A DNA stretch of 64,000 nucleotides from an uncultured Victivallales bacterium (lineage in GTDB: Bacteria > Verrucomicrobiota > Kiritimatiellia > UBA8416 > CAYRKB01): assembly GCA_964424705.1 (NCBI GenBank), contig CAYRKB010000001.1:22575-86574 (forward strand), in the 5' to 3' direction. A program made the translations under genes and the position numbers. Numbering within the stretch: the stretch's first letter is position 1; each line of letters begins with the position of its first letter. This document shows positions 45,765 through 55,553 of this stretch, in pieces. Under the pieces are notes generated by a model. It saw only the letters and a program-made list of their open reading frames with translations, made no database searches and was not told the DNA's origin.

Positions 45765-47774
45765 GTGTCGTTCACTGACGACAAAGAACTGAACGAATAT
45801 CGGCAGATCATGGCGCCGCCCGAAGTGTCAGGCTTCGAGGATGGCTTCAACTGGAAAGCCATCGCCGGCGCTATTTTCCTGGGCTTCATCGTGATGCCCG
45901 CGTCGGACTATCTCAGCCTTGTCATCGGCGGCGACGCCGGGCTTGGCAACACCATGAAGTGGATTCTGGTGATCCTCTTCGCCGAAATCGCGCGCCGCTC
46001 GTTCACCAGTCTGAAATGTCAGGAGCTGTACGTTCTGCAGTTCATGGTCGGCTATGCGATGGCCGACCAGTTCACCGGATACCTGTGGACCCAGTACGTG
46101 GCGCAGTCGGACTATATCAAGGGGCTGGGGCTCGACCTCCCCAAATGGGCGTTTCCCGCCGCCGAGGAATTGGAGCGGAGCGGCCGCACGTTCCTGGCTA
46201 AGCCGTGGCTGCCCATCATTGCCCTTACCATGTTCGGGGTCTTCATCAGCCGCATCCACAACTACGGCCTCGGCTACGTGCTTTACAGGGTTGTCAACGA
46301 CGTTGAGAAATTACCCTTCCCGTTCGCGCCCGTTGCGGCGGCAGGCATTGTGGCCCTGTCCACCGACCGCGGCGACGAGGCGAAGTGGCGCCGGCGCTGT
46401 TTCAGCATCGGCGGCATCGTTGGGATTACGTGGGGCATGATCTACATTTGCGTGCCCGTGATCACGGAGGCCATTCTTCCCAAGCGCGTCGAGCTCGTCC
46501 CCCTGATCTTTCTCGATTTCACGACGCAGTTCGGCAAGCTGCTGCCGGCCGTCCCTTTCAACCTCGTGCTGGACGTTGGCGCGTTTCTGGCCGGTATGAT
46601 CGTGCCGTGGTGGGGGGTGATCGGAGGAGCGGTCGCGCTGCTCATGACCTGGATTCTGAACCCGTTCCTCCAGCATATCGGCGTCCTCTCCCAGTGGCGG
46701 CCGGACATGGGCTACATCAATACGACGTTCGTCAACAGCATTGATTTCTATCTGTCGTTCGGAATCGGGGTGTCCCTGGCCATTACGTTCAGCCAGATGT
46801 TCATCACGGTCGGGGAGCGGATCAGGGAAAAGATGAAGCCCGGCGCGCAGCGCGTGATCACCCACAGAAAGACCATGGGGCAGGGGTTTCGTGAGAATTG
46901 GAAGATCCTGTTCACTAACAACCGTGCCCGCGGCGATTTCTCGATTTGGGTCGCCATCGGCATTTACCTCTTTGAGACGTTCGCATGGATCGGGCTAGGC
47001 CTGTACCTGATCGGGCCGCGCTATCCGTGGATGCTGCTGACCTTCTTTGCGCTGGTCTACACGCCGCTCTTCTCGTATGCGACGGCCAAGATGGAAGGGC
47101 TGATCGGCCGCGGGCTGAACCTGCCGATGCTCAGGGAAGTGACGATTCTCGCCACGGGGTACCAGGGCTCGGCCATCTGGTTCGCGCCCATGCCGATCGC
47201 GAACGTGGGGAGCGAGACGTCCGGCTTCCGGGTGCTCGAATTGACGGGCACGAAGATCCAGAGCCAGATCAAAACCATCGTGCTCACTCTGCCTATTGTC
47301 GTCATTGCGTCATTCTTCACGGCGGAGATTCTCTGGCGCATGGCGCCTGTGCCGTCGGCCGCGTACCCATGGACCGAGCGCATGTGGGAGATGAATATCC
47401 GGAACTGGGGCGTAATCTACACCTCGACGCTGGAGGGCGGATCCCAGTTCCTGGAGGCCCTGAACGGCAATTACGTGGTCTGGGGCCTCGTGGCCGGGTC
47501 TACGCTGCTTGGCTCGTTGACCATGCTGGGGCTGCCGGTCATGTTTATTTTCGGCGCGCTGGGCGGCCTGTCGCAGGTGTCCCCCGGCGCGATGTTCTGC
47601 GGCCTGGTCGGCGCCATTGTGGGACGGTTCTATTTCAGGAAACGTTACAAGGACATGTGGCTGAAGTATATGACGGTCGTGCTGGCAGGCTTCGGTTGCG
47701 GGATGGGCATTATCGCCATGGTCGGGATGGCCTTTACTGTGATCACGCGAATGTTAAGCCCCACGTTGTGGTGA
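45765..47774 (+). CDS. large polytopic integral membrane protein (>=14 predicted TM helices), family unknown
   Basis: GTG at 45765 is preceded by AAGAGGAGG. Hydrophobic helices run throughout (AIFLGFIVMP..., ILVILFAEIA..., WLPIIALTMFGVFI..., etc.). It has no ABC or MFS signatures. Confidence 0.7.
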   Translation: MSFTDDKELNEYRQIMAPPEVSGFEDGFNWKAIAGAIFLGFIVMPASDYLSLVIGGDAGLGNTMKWILVILFAEIARRSFTSLKCQELYVLQFMVGYAMADQFTGYLWTQYVAQSDYIKGLGLDLPKWAFPAAEELERSGRTFLAKPWLPIIALTMFGVFISRIHNYGLGYVLYRVVNDVEKLPFPFAPVAAAGIVALSTDRGDEAKWRRRCFSIGGIVGITWGMIYICVPVITEAILPKRVELVPLIFLDFTTQFGKLLPAVPFNLVLDVGAFLAGMIVPWWGVIGGAVALLMTWILNPFLQHIGVLSQWRPDMGYINTTFVNSIDFYLSFGIGVSLAITFSQMFITVGERIREKMKPGAQRVITHRKTMGQGFRENWKILFTNNRARGDFSIWVAIGIYLFETFAWIGLGLYLIGPRYPWMLLTFFALVYTPLFSYATAKMEGLIGRGLNLPMLREVTILATGYQGSAIWFAPMPIANVGSETSGFRVLELTGTKIQSQIKTIVLTLPIVVIASFFTAEILWRMAPVPSAAYPWTERMWEMNIRNWGVIYTSTLEGGSQFLEALNGNYVVWGLVAGSTLLGSLTMLGLPVMFIFGALGGLSQVSPGAMFCGLVGAIVGRFYFRKRYKDMWLKYMTVVLAGFGCGMGIIAMVGMAFTVITRMLSPTLW

Positions 47775-47795
47775 CAAGGGGAGTACGGGAATTTC

Positions 47796-50735
47796 ATGAG
47801 CGAAAAGACTGAAGGTTTAGGAAGAATGACGGGGCGGGCGTTTGTCCTCGGCCTCTTCTTTGCGGCGGTTTTTGCCTGGTTTACGGTCCTGCGCGAAAAC
47901 CGTCCTCCCTATGAGGCTTTGACGGCGACCAACATTCCCGTCCTCCCGTATGCCCTGCTCGTGGTCTCCGTGCTCGTTATCAACCCGCTGGTCAAGTTTC
48001 TGCGGCTGGCGCGGGTTTTTTCGCGCGTTGAGCTGCTCGTGATCTTCTTGATGGGAATGGTGTCGAACGGCATCGTTTCCTACGGTCTGCAGGCGCAGCT
48101 CGTGCCGCTTGTAGCGGGCCCGTCGAGCCGCTTCAACCACCCCGGGGTCAGGTGGAACGTGTATGTCGAGCCGTACCTCAATGAGGATTTCTATCTCGTC
48201 TCGAAGGGTTCCAGCAAGGCCGCCGCCAGCTACAGGGACGCGGACGCGGCCGCGGAGAAGGCAAAGTCCGTGCTCAAAGCGGCGCAGGACCTGACGGTGT
48301 GCAGGGAGGACCAGCAACGGGCCCAGGAGGCGCTGGACGGGCTTGTCGCGCCGCAGGGCCAGCCGCAGGTGCCTGAGACCGTGCGGCAGGGCTACGAACG
48401 CAAGCTGCGCATTGCCCAGCGCCAGTACCAGCAGGCTGAGAAGGCTTGGCAGGTGTATGCCGCCGCGAACGTGGAGCGTGAGGTCATTGCCACATTTGGC
48501 GAGAAGATCAAGCTGCTGGATGTCGAAAAGGCGGCGCGGAAGGAAGCCCTGGCGGCCATCAAGAAGCCGGCGACCGATTTCGTCAGCGAGTTTGAGAAGG
48601 GATTTGCGCCGGAGAAGCGGGCGATCCCCGGGTTTATCTATATCACGGGCGAAGGCTGGGAGAGCTACTCGTCCCGCTTCGAGCGCATGGTAAAGGGCCG
48701 GAAGGCCTTCGCCGAGCTGTATGAGGCAGATTGCCTGCTGGCCAGAGCCCGGCAGGGCGAAGGCCTCGACGTGGCAGCCGTGGACGCGGCTCTGGGAAGA
48801 GCGATTGTCCTGCTGGAACACATCGGCGACATGTCGCAGCTTGCTGAGCGGAAAGCTGCGTTCTCGGCCAAGCAGGCGGAGCTCGATGCCATCCGCGCGA
48901 AGGAGCAGTCAGGGCTGAAGGACCTCCAGGAGCGCGGCTACTATGCTAAGGACCGCGACATCGCATCGATCGAGAAGCAGACCAAAGCTACGACGAAGCG
49001 GATCGAGCTGCTGGACAAGCAGATTCTCAAGCTGACGGAGGCCGTGAAGGCGAAGATCGACCCGGAGGCGACAGTGCGCGGGCGCGCCGTCGCCGTGCTG
49101 GAGACCGCGCGCTCGATCCGCGCTGAATTCGGCACGGCGAAGGATATCCCGGCGCTGCGCGGCCGGCTGGCGGCAAGCCTTGCGACGTTCCGCTCGTTCG
49201 ACGCGTCCCTGCGCCGGTTCCTTGTGGGGGATATCCAGTGGAGCGTCTGGGCGAAGCCTCTCTTCAACTGGAGCCTGATCGTCTTTGCGACGTACATCGT
49301 CCTGATGTCGCTTAACGTCCTTATCTTCAGGCAGTGGGCCCATAATGAGAAGCTCATCTACCCGCTGGCAGAGCTTCCGCTGATCATGGCTGGCGCGGAT
49401 GACGTGGAACAGAAGGGCGTGCTGCCCCTGGTGTTCAAGAGCGGACTTTTCTGGACCGGGTTCTGCATATCCGCGGTCATCCTCGGGTGGAACCATCTGG
49501 CGGACGCCAGGATCATTGCCAACATCAGCCCGATCTCGCTCGACTACAAGTGGGGATCCTATGTGGACGGCAGCGTATTCAACGCGCTCAAGGAGACCCG
49601 CTTCAAGATTATCTTCTCCGTGATCGGCCTGACATTCCTCGTTCCGGCGGGAGTTTCTTACTCCATGTGGTTTTGGCAGGTGCTATGCATGGTGGAACTG
49701 CTCGTCATGGTCTGGCTTGGCATGGGGCAGAGCCGCGACTCATTCCAGTACCACTTCACGTATCTCATGAACTACCAGACGGCGCAGGGCGGCGGCGCCC
49801 TCATCGTCTTCGCCTCGGTCATTCTCTGGAAGTGCCGGAAGTACCTCTTGTCCGCCTTCTCGGCGCAGTCCGTTGCGGGCCTGGATCCGTCCGAGCGCAG
49901 CGAGCTGCGGGTGTCGTCCGCGCTATTCCTTGCGGGGTCCGTTGCGCTCGTGGCCATGTTCACGCTACGGCTCAACGTGAACATCTTTTACTCTGTCATC
50001 ATGTACCTGCTTTTGCTCGTCCTGACGATCGGCCTGGTGCGCGCGGTCGCAGAAGGCGGCGTCCTTGGCACCCAGGCGTTCTTCAACCCCTTCCACTTTA
50101 TCCGGCATGTGTTCGGCATGGACAAGGCCTGGAACTCGCCCGTGCTGATGGCGCCGCTGTGGATCTTTGTGGCGATGATGTACGTCGACATCAAGTCCTT
50201 CATCGCGCCCGCGATGGCCAACGCGATGAAGCTCCGCGACGACATGCGCATCAACCGCCTCAAGTTCCACGGTGCCGTGTGGGCCAGCATTCTGGCCGCG
50301 ATGGCCGTCGGGTTTGCGGTGCACCTGATCCTCGCCTACTCGGGCGGCACCGGCAAGATGAGCGGGTGGCATTACTCGGGCGGCGTGCAGGACCAGATGG
50401 GCTTTGGCTTCATCCAGCGCATGATGGAAGAGAAGCCCGTGGACGTGGCGGGGGTGCGGTGGTGGATGCTCGCCGGCGCGTCGATCATGGTGATGGTGAT
50501 CCTGCTGCGCCAGCAGTTCAACTGGATTACGCATCCGATCGGCCTGATCATGTGCATCAACCCGATGATGTTCCTGTTCTGGGGATCCATGTTTATCGGA
50601 TGGTGTTTCAAGTCGCTCGTGAGCAAATACGGGAATCGGGAAACCTACCAGCGCCTCCGCTATCTGGCCGTCGGCCTGATCGTTGGCGAGCTTTTTGTTG
50701 CGGTCCTCGGGTGGCACCGGTTTGACTTCTGGTGA
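47796..50735 (+). CDS. 979-aa integral membrane protein: N-terminal TM cluster, ~300-aa cytoplasmic/periplasmic coiled-coil insert, C-terminal multi-TM domain; family unknown
   Basis: TMs lie at residues ~15-110. Residues ~150-470 are charged and helical (AAEKAKSVLKAAQDL...QERGYYAKDRDIASIEKQTKATTKRIELLDKQILKLTEAVKAK). About 11 further TMs follow to the C-terminus. Confidence 0.7.
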   Translation: MSEKTEGLGRMTGRAFVLGLFFAAVFAWFTVLRENRPPYEALTATNIPVLPYALLVVSVLVINPLVKFLRLARVFSRVELLVIFLMGMVSNGIVSYGLQAQLVPLVAGPSSRFNHPGVRWNVYVEPYLNEDFYLVSKGSSKAAASYRDADAAAEKAKSVLKAAQDLTVCREDQQRAQEALDGLVAPQGQPQVPETVRQGYERKLRIAQRQYQQAEKAWQVYAAANVEREVIATFGEKIKLLDVEKAARKEALAAIKKPATDFVSEFEKGFAPEKRAIPGFIYITGEGWESYSSRFERMVKGRKAFAELYEADCLLARARQGEGLDVAAVDAALGRAIVLLEHIGDMSQLAERKAAFSAKQAELDAIRAKEQSGLKDLQERGYYAKDRDIASIEKQTKATTKRIELLDKQILKLTEAVKAKIDPEATVRGRAVAVLETARSIRAEFGTAKDIPALRGRLAASLATFRSFDASLRRFLVGDIQWSVWAKPLFNWSLIVFATYIVLMSLNVLIFRQWAHNEKLIYPLAELPLIMAGADDVEQKGVLPLVFKSGLFWTGFCISAVILGWNHLADARIIANISPISLDYKWGSYVDGSVFNALKETRFKIIFSVIGLTFLVPAGVSYSMWFWQVLCMVELLVMVWLGMGQSRDSFQYHFTYLMNYQTAQGGGALIVFASVILWKCRKYLLSAFSAQSVAGLDPSERSELRVSSALFLAGSVALVAMFTLRLNVNIFYSVIMYLLLLVLTIGLVRAVAEGGVLGTQAFFNPFHFIRHVFGMDKAWNSPVLMAPLWIFVAMMYVDIKSFIAPAMANAMKLRDDMRINRLKFHGAVWASILAAMAVGFAVHLILAYSGGTGKMSGWHYSGGVQDQMGFGFIQRMMEEKPVDVAGVRWWMLAGASIMVMVILLRQQFNWITHPIGLIMCINPMMFLFWGSMFIGWCFKSLVSKYGNRETYQRLRYLAVGLIVGELFVAVLGWHRFDFW

Positions 50736-50742
50736 TGCTCCC

Positions 50743-51681
50743 GTGAAGAAACCCGACCGCCAGCCGCGCGAGTTCGCCTGGGACGGCGTCGAGTTCCAGA
50801 TCCCCTGGAACTGGGAGCTCGGGCTCTATGAGTTCATGCGCAAGGGGGTTTCCCGTATCGAGGTGGAAGACGAATACGTCGTCCGGCTCGAAGCGGAATG
50901 GATCCGGCCGACGAAGCGGGCGCTGAGGCCGGCTGCCATCCTTGAAAAATACAAGGATGCAGCGGGCGCCCTCACGCGCATGGCGCATGAAACGATCGAA
51001 ATTCATGGCCTGCCGCCCGGCTGGGCGGCCACGCGTGCCCTGCAGAGGACCACGGGCAGCTCCCGGAAGAAGCGCGGGCTGGCGGTGTCGGAGCGCGAGA
51101 GCATTTGCGCGATCTACGTGTGCCCCCAGTCGAAGCTCCTCCTCTTCGTCCTGCTGCACTTTTCATCCGAAGACAAGGAAAACCCGGAAGAGGTGATGCG
51201 CATGATCGCGGGCAGCTTCCGGGATCACGCTGAGGCCCCGCTCATCCCCTGGAAGCTGTTCGATATCGCGTTTGAATTGCCGCGCGAATTCAAGCTCGCC
51301 CGCGCGTCGTTCGATGTCGGCGCCAAGCATATGGTGTTTCGCTGGAAGACGCGCCGGCTCCATCTGTGGCATTTCGCGTGCGCCGACATGTTCCTCAAGG
51401 GCGGGGAAGGCATGGAGGAGTGGGTCACCGGCTACCTGAACGCCTATTCGCAGATTCGCGGAATTGTCTTCATGCCCGGAAAGAACGGGGAAATCCTCTG
51501 GCGGCGGCGCGCGCGGCATCTCTTTGGGCACCGCAACGAGATTGCCAGCTGGTGTTTCCAGTACAAGGCCGGGTGCCGCCTGGACGCTGGAAGAAACCAG
51601 CTCCTGGCCTGGGTCTATCACTACCGCGAGGCGGGCGACCTGCACGTAATCCCCGCGTCCTGCCTGCCGCTCGGGAGTTGA
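50743..51681 (+). CDS. soluble hypothetical protein (312 aa), last gene of the plus-strand operon
   Basis: A GTG start lies 7 nt after the preceding stop. The protein is Trp/aromatic-rich with two similar halves (...FAWDGVEFQIPWNWELGLYEF... / ...PLIPWKLFDIAFELPREFKL...). The track ORF 50683..51681 extends upstream in-frame across the previous stop region. Confidence 0.55.
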   Translation: MKKPDRQPREFAWDGVEFQIPWNWELGLYEFMRKGVSRIEVEDEYVVRLEAEWIRPTKRALRPAAILEKYKDAAGALTRMAHETIEIHGLPPGWAATRALQRTTGSSRKKRGLAVSERESICAIYVCPQSKLLLFVLLHFSSEDKENPEEVMRMIAGSFRDHAEAPLIPWKLFDIAFELPREFKLARASFDVGAKHMVFRWKTRRLHLWHFACADMFLKGGEGMEEWVTGYLNAYSQIRGIVFMPGKNGEILWRRRARHLFGHRNEIASWCFQYKAGCRLDAGRNQLLAWVYHYREAGDLHVIPASCLPLGS

Positions 51682-51729
51682 CGGGGCCGGGGCCCGTGAT
51701 TCCCCGGTCTGCCAGCGGCGACGATTCGC

Positions 51730-52824
51730 CTATTTCACGTCCGCCATGTCGTAGCGCGTCGTGCCCAGCCCGAGTTTCTCCAGCCACTGGACCTGCACGT
51801 AGGGATCCTTGCCGTGCAGCTTTTCAAAGAGGTGTTTTCCGTCGCGCAGCATGTACGGCGGCGTGATGGAGCCCGGAATCACCTCCTCGGACTTGATCAT
51901 GTCGAGGCACGCCTGCTCGACGGCCACGATGTCCTGGCCCGCAGCGATGCCGATGTCGGGGACGAGCGCCGGGGTGGTGAAGCCCCAGCAGTCGCAGTAG
52001 ATCGTGATGTGCATGAGCGTATTGATGAAGAAGACGTCTTCCGGCTTGAACGTGTCCAGCACCAGCTTGGCGACCCGCGCCAGGCCTTCCTGGAAGAGGT
52101 TGAACTGCGGCGCTTGGATGCGGATTGCCTTGGTAGGGCAGGCGAGCATGCAGTGCATGCACCGCCGGCAGTGGTGCCAGAAGATGTTGTAGTCGCCCTG
52201 TTCGTTGAACGTGTTGGCCTGGGTCGAGCACTCCTCGAGGCACTTGTTGCAGTGCGTGCACTTGCTCTTATCCCATACCAGCTCCCCTTCAAGCCCGTGC
52301 ATGGCCCCTCGGGTCTCGCCGGGCGTGCAGCCCATGGCGAGGTTCTTGCACGCACCCCCGAACCCGCACGCGCCATGCCCTTTGATATGCGAGAAATCGA
52401 TCAACACGTCCGCTTCCACAATGGGCCGTCCAAGCCAGGCCACGGGCAGGCTGGGCCACCCGGTTTCCAGGCGCACGAGGTCCTTGCCGTCCGCGCCCAG
52501 GGCCGGCACGAGCTCAGCGCCGATGGTCTCCTTCGCGTAGCCGCGGTCGGAGGCCCCCGTGATGCTGCCGTCCGTCACGAATACGCGCTTGGGGTTGCCG
52601 GTCTTGATGTGGTCCACGAGGAGCTTCACGAAGAGCGGATGAATGGTCGAGTAGCCGATGCCGCCGCCCAGGTGCATTTTGATGGCCACGGTCTTCCCGG
52701 CGACGCGCTCCTGGATGGGAAGCAGCGCGAGCAGGCGGCTGAACTTGGCGGGCAGCGTGCGGTCGCGGTCGAGCTTCTCCGGACGGGCCGATGCGAACAG
52801 AACTTTGGACGCGGTCGTAGCCAT
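51730..52824 (-). CDS. DUF362-domain protein with 4Fe-4S ferredoxin-type cluster motifs
   Basis: The motifs CTHCNKCLEEC and CRRCMHCMLACP are present. DUF362 family blocks include GKTVAIKMHLGG and DFSHIKGHGACGFGGACKN. The ATG at 52824 has a GGAGAGG RBS. Confidence 0.75.
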   Translation of the reverse strand: MATTASKVLFASARPEKLDRDRTLPAKFSRLLALLPIQERVAGKTVAIKMHLGGGIGYSTIHPLFVKLLVDHIKTGNPKRVFVTDGSITGASDRGYAKETIGAELVPALGADGKDLVRLETGWPSLPVAWLGRPIVEADVLIDFSHIKGHGACGFGGACKNLAMGCTPGETRGAMHGLEGELVWDKSKCTHCNKCLEECSTQANTFNEQGDYNIFWHHCRRCMHCMLACPTKAIRIQAPQFNLFQEGLARVAKLVLDTFKPEDVFFINTLMHITIYCDCWGFTTPALVPDIGIAAGQDIVAVEQACLDMIKSEEVIPGSITPPYMLRDGKHLFEKLHGKDPYVQVQWLEKLGLGTTRYDMADVK

Positions 52825-53019
52825 GATTCCTCTCCCCGGGTTGTCGCTCTTAATGCGTCCCATATTGACCATATCGGCCGCATGGTTGGCAAGCCTGCAG
52901 ATTGCGTTAGCCGGGGTCCGCGCGGGTCCTCCATGGGACCGCGGGAGCACACGCGTGCCCTGTCCCGCCCAATGCCCAAGGGCGCGCAGGCCGGATGTCT
53001 GAAGCGACCCCTAAGCATT

Positions 53020-53970
53020 CTACTTGATGGGGGATATCTTCCTGATCGTTTCGAGCGCAACGGGCTCGCCTACGTCGGTCATTTTCCCGTTGATGTCGGC
53101 TTCGAGGTAATAGATGCGACCGGCCTTGAAATCGAATCGCGTGGCGCTCATAGAGAGCCCGAGATGCGAGGAGAAGACGTGAGGTCCCGGCGTCGTAAAG
53201 AAGTGTCCGAACCGGCCGTTGCCGAGCGACAGGATGCTGGTGTTCTCCTCCTTTAGGCCGAAGCTTACGGCGGCGGAGACGAAGCGCTTCTTCCTGAATA
53301 CGCACACCGTGGCCTTGTCGGCAGGCAGTTGGGCGAGAAAGAAAGGTGGGGTGCTCGCTCCGAGATCGTCCTCGGATGTTCCCGAACGCACAGTTCGACT
53401 GCTTGGCGAGGCTGCTGTCCCGGCTGCGGGCGCGGCATTCGTCCCGTAGGGGGAAGCGCCTGCGACGACCGTTCCATCGGCGTCGGTCATCCAGAAGATC
53501 GCCGACTCTTTTCCGTACCTGCTGGTGCGCAGGAAGCACAGCGAATACTGTGCGCCCGGCGTCGCATGGAGAACGAGATCCTCATTGTTGTTTAACGTCA
53601 GCATGTGATCAACTGCGGAAAGCATGGACCCGCCGGAGACGCTATCGCCCGCCGCAGAGCGGCAGTGCAGGACATGCTTGCCCGGCAAGACATAGCAGGC
53701 TCCATTTCGCGCGGCGGCCGGGGGGAGTGGCTGGCCATCCAGTTGCGTGATGGTAGCCGTCTCCACAAAGCTCTTCTTCATTCCCAAAGAGGAGAAGGTA
53801 TTGGTCTTGGCCGCCATGCAGAACACCAGGGCAAGCTCTGATGGCTGCCTCATGGGGCCCTCATAGGCGTGGTAGCGACCCGGTGTTGCGCAACCCGCAA
53901 GCATGCACGCAATCATCGCCAATATTCCTGAAGTTCCGAATCCGACCCGTCGGTGTCCTGCGAAGGTCAT
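53020..53970 (-). CDS. lipoprotein of unknown function (lipobox LAGC)
   Basis: ATG at 53970 has a GGGAGA RBS. The signal peptide is MTFAGHRRVGFGTSGILAMIACMLAGCAT. The remainder of track ORF 53020..55131 is antisense to the 54256 gene and is rejected. Confidence 0.65.
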   Translation of the reverse strand: MTFAGHRRVGFGTSGILAMIACMLAGCATPGRYHAYEGPMRQPSELALVFCMAAKTNTFSSLGMKKSFVETATITQLDGQPLPPAAARNGACYVLPGKHVLHCRSAAGDSVSGGSMLSAVDHMLTLNNNEDLVLHATPGAQYSLCFLRTSRYGKESAIFWMTDADGTVVAGASPYGTNAAPAAGTAASPSSRTVRSGTSEDDLGASTPPFFLAQLPADKATVCVFRKKRFVSAAVSFGLKEENTSILSLGNGRFGHFFTTPGPHVFSSHLGLSMSATRFDFKAGRIYYLEADINGKMTDVGEPVALETIRKISPIK

Positions 53971-54255
53971 GCAATATTCTCCCTGTGGCGTTCTGCTCCG
54001 ACAATGCCTGATGAAGACTGTATAGAAATCAATTGCCGCTGCAAACCCGAATAGTCCGCCGGCGTGTACCACCTCTTCCGTATCCGCAGCGCATCCTCCC
54101 CCCCGGCCCCGCTGTCGCTGTGTCCATCGGCTCTGTGGTTGTGGTCGCGCGTCGGGGAGCTGGCTTGACTCGACTGCGGCATTGGCCATACTTCGGGCTT
54201 TTCCGAGTGCGGGGGCGCGCGGGCGGCGTGCAGAGCGAAAGGGGATGGCAGCATC

Positions 54256-55533
54256 ATGCGAAGACAGGAACTGCTGAAGAAAATCGCGTCGTTCGGCCTG
54301 GACAAGTTTCCGATCAGCTTCTGGAACTACACCAGCCTCGCGCTGCACGGCGAGCATATGACAGAGGCGGAGGTCGCGTCGTGGGCGGATGCGGGTTTTA
54401 GCGTGCCGCAGGGCTCGATCTGTGACCCCGGGAACCCCGGCGAGATAGAGCACACGTTGAAGATGCTCGACTGGGCGCTGAAGTGCGGGATGAAGCTGAT
54501 CCCCTGGGACGTCCGCTGTATGGCGGGGAGCGACCCGACCGGCCGCTTCCCCCGGGAGGGTTTCCGCCGCGGAGCCGAGGCCGCTGTCCGGGACCTGGGC
54601 GCCCATCCGGGCCTGTTTGGTTTCTACGTGGCCGACGAAGCAACAAACGACGGCCTGTACGAGTGCCAGCGAATCCAGAAGGAACTCGCCCCGCATCTGA
54701 AGCCTTACTACAACCACCTGCCGGTTTGCGGCAGGACCGACGAAGCCATGGCGAAGGACCTCGATGACTACGTTGCGAAAACAAACGCCGACCTTTTTAG
54801 CTACGACTGCTATACGCAGATGACCATGACGGGGCCGCTGCTGGACGACTACTTCCGGAACCTGCGCCTCTACCGGGAGGCCTCCCTGCGACACGGCCTG
54901 CCGTTCTGGAACACGCCCATGTGTGTCGGGCACAACCAGTACCGCTGCCCGAACTTCGACGACATCCGCTGGCAGTTCAATACGTCCATCGCCTCGGGTG
55001 CCAACGGGATTGTGTGGTTCTTCTACTACATGCGCCATCCGCACGCCAACTATCGGTTCTCTCCCGTCAATGAGCTTTGGGAGAGGACGCAGACGTACCA
55101 CGATATCCGCCTCGTGCAGAGGAGCTTTCATCGCCGCTACGGCGATTTGTTCAACCGGCTGGCTTCAACGCGCGTCAGCTTCTACCCTACGGCCTTTGGC
55201 GGCGGCGAGACCTGGGCCCCGAATGAGCTGCTCAGCACGGTGTGGCCGGCATACGACAACAGCACGCCGATCCTGGTCGGCGAATTTGTTGACGCTCAGG
55301 GCCGGCGCTACGTCATGATCGTCAACAACAGCATGACCAAGACGGACCGGGTGTTGCTGAAGTTCCCCAAGAAGGCCCGGATCTACTCATGGGACTGGAG
55401 CGGGCTCCAGCGCGAGGGCGCGGCGTATTGCTCGGATGACATTGCGCGGACCGACAAGGAGGACGGCACGACCGTGACGTGGTGCTGGCTTGCGCCCGGC
55501 CAGGAGGCCGTCTTCCGGGTGGAGTTGGCATAG
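54256..55533 (+). CDS. putative TIM-barrel glycoside hydrolase-like protein (family uncertain)
   Basis: Trp/Tyr-rich barrel-like segments are present (FGFYVADEATNDGLYE..., NGIVWFFYYMRHPH...) and it has 425 aa. The family assignment is weak. Confidence 0.45.
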   Translation: MRRQELLKKIASFGLDKFPISFWNYTSLALHGEHMTEAEVASWADAGFSVPQGSICDPGNPGEIEHTLKMLDWALKCGMKLIPWDVRCMAGSDPTGRFPREGFRRGAEAAVRDLGAHPGLFGFYVADEATNDGLYECQRIQKELAPHLKPYYNHLPVCGRTDEAMAKDLDDYVAKTNADLFSYDCYTQMTMTGPLLDDYFRNLRLYREASLRHGLPFWNTPMCVGHNQYRCPNFDDIRWQFNTSIASGANGIVWFFYYMRHPHANYRFSPVNELWERTQTYHDIRLVQRSFHRRYGDLFNRLASTRVSFYPTAFGGGETWAPNELLSTVWPAYDNSTPILVGEFVDAQGRRYVMIVNNSMTKTDRVLLKFPKKARIYSWDWSGLQREGAAYCSDDIARTDKEDGTTVTWCWLAPGQEAVFRVELA

Positions 55534-55553
55534 CGCCTGACGATAGAGCCCAA

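Noticed and set aside
49487-50725. 412-aa plus-strand ORF in an alternative frame over the 979-aa membrane gene.
   Set aside because: It is a same-strand frame-shifted overlap with Arg/Gly/His-rich junk translation. The annotated frame carries coherent TM helices.
53971-55131. N-terminal 390 aa of track ORF 53020..55131(-).
   Set aside because: It is antisense to the plausible glycoside-hydrolase-like gene 54256..55533(+). The real minus-strand gene begins at the internal Met-RBS-lipobox site at 53970.
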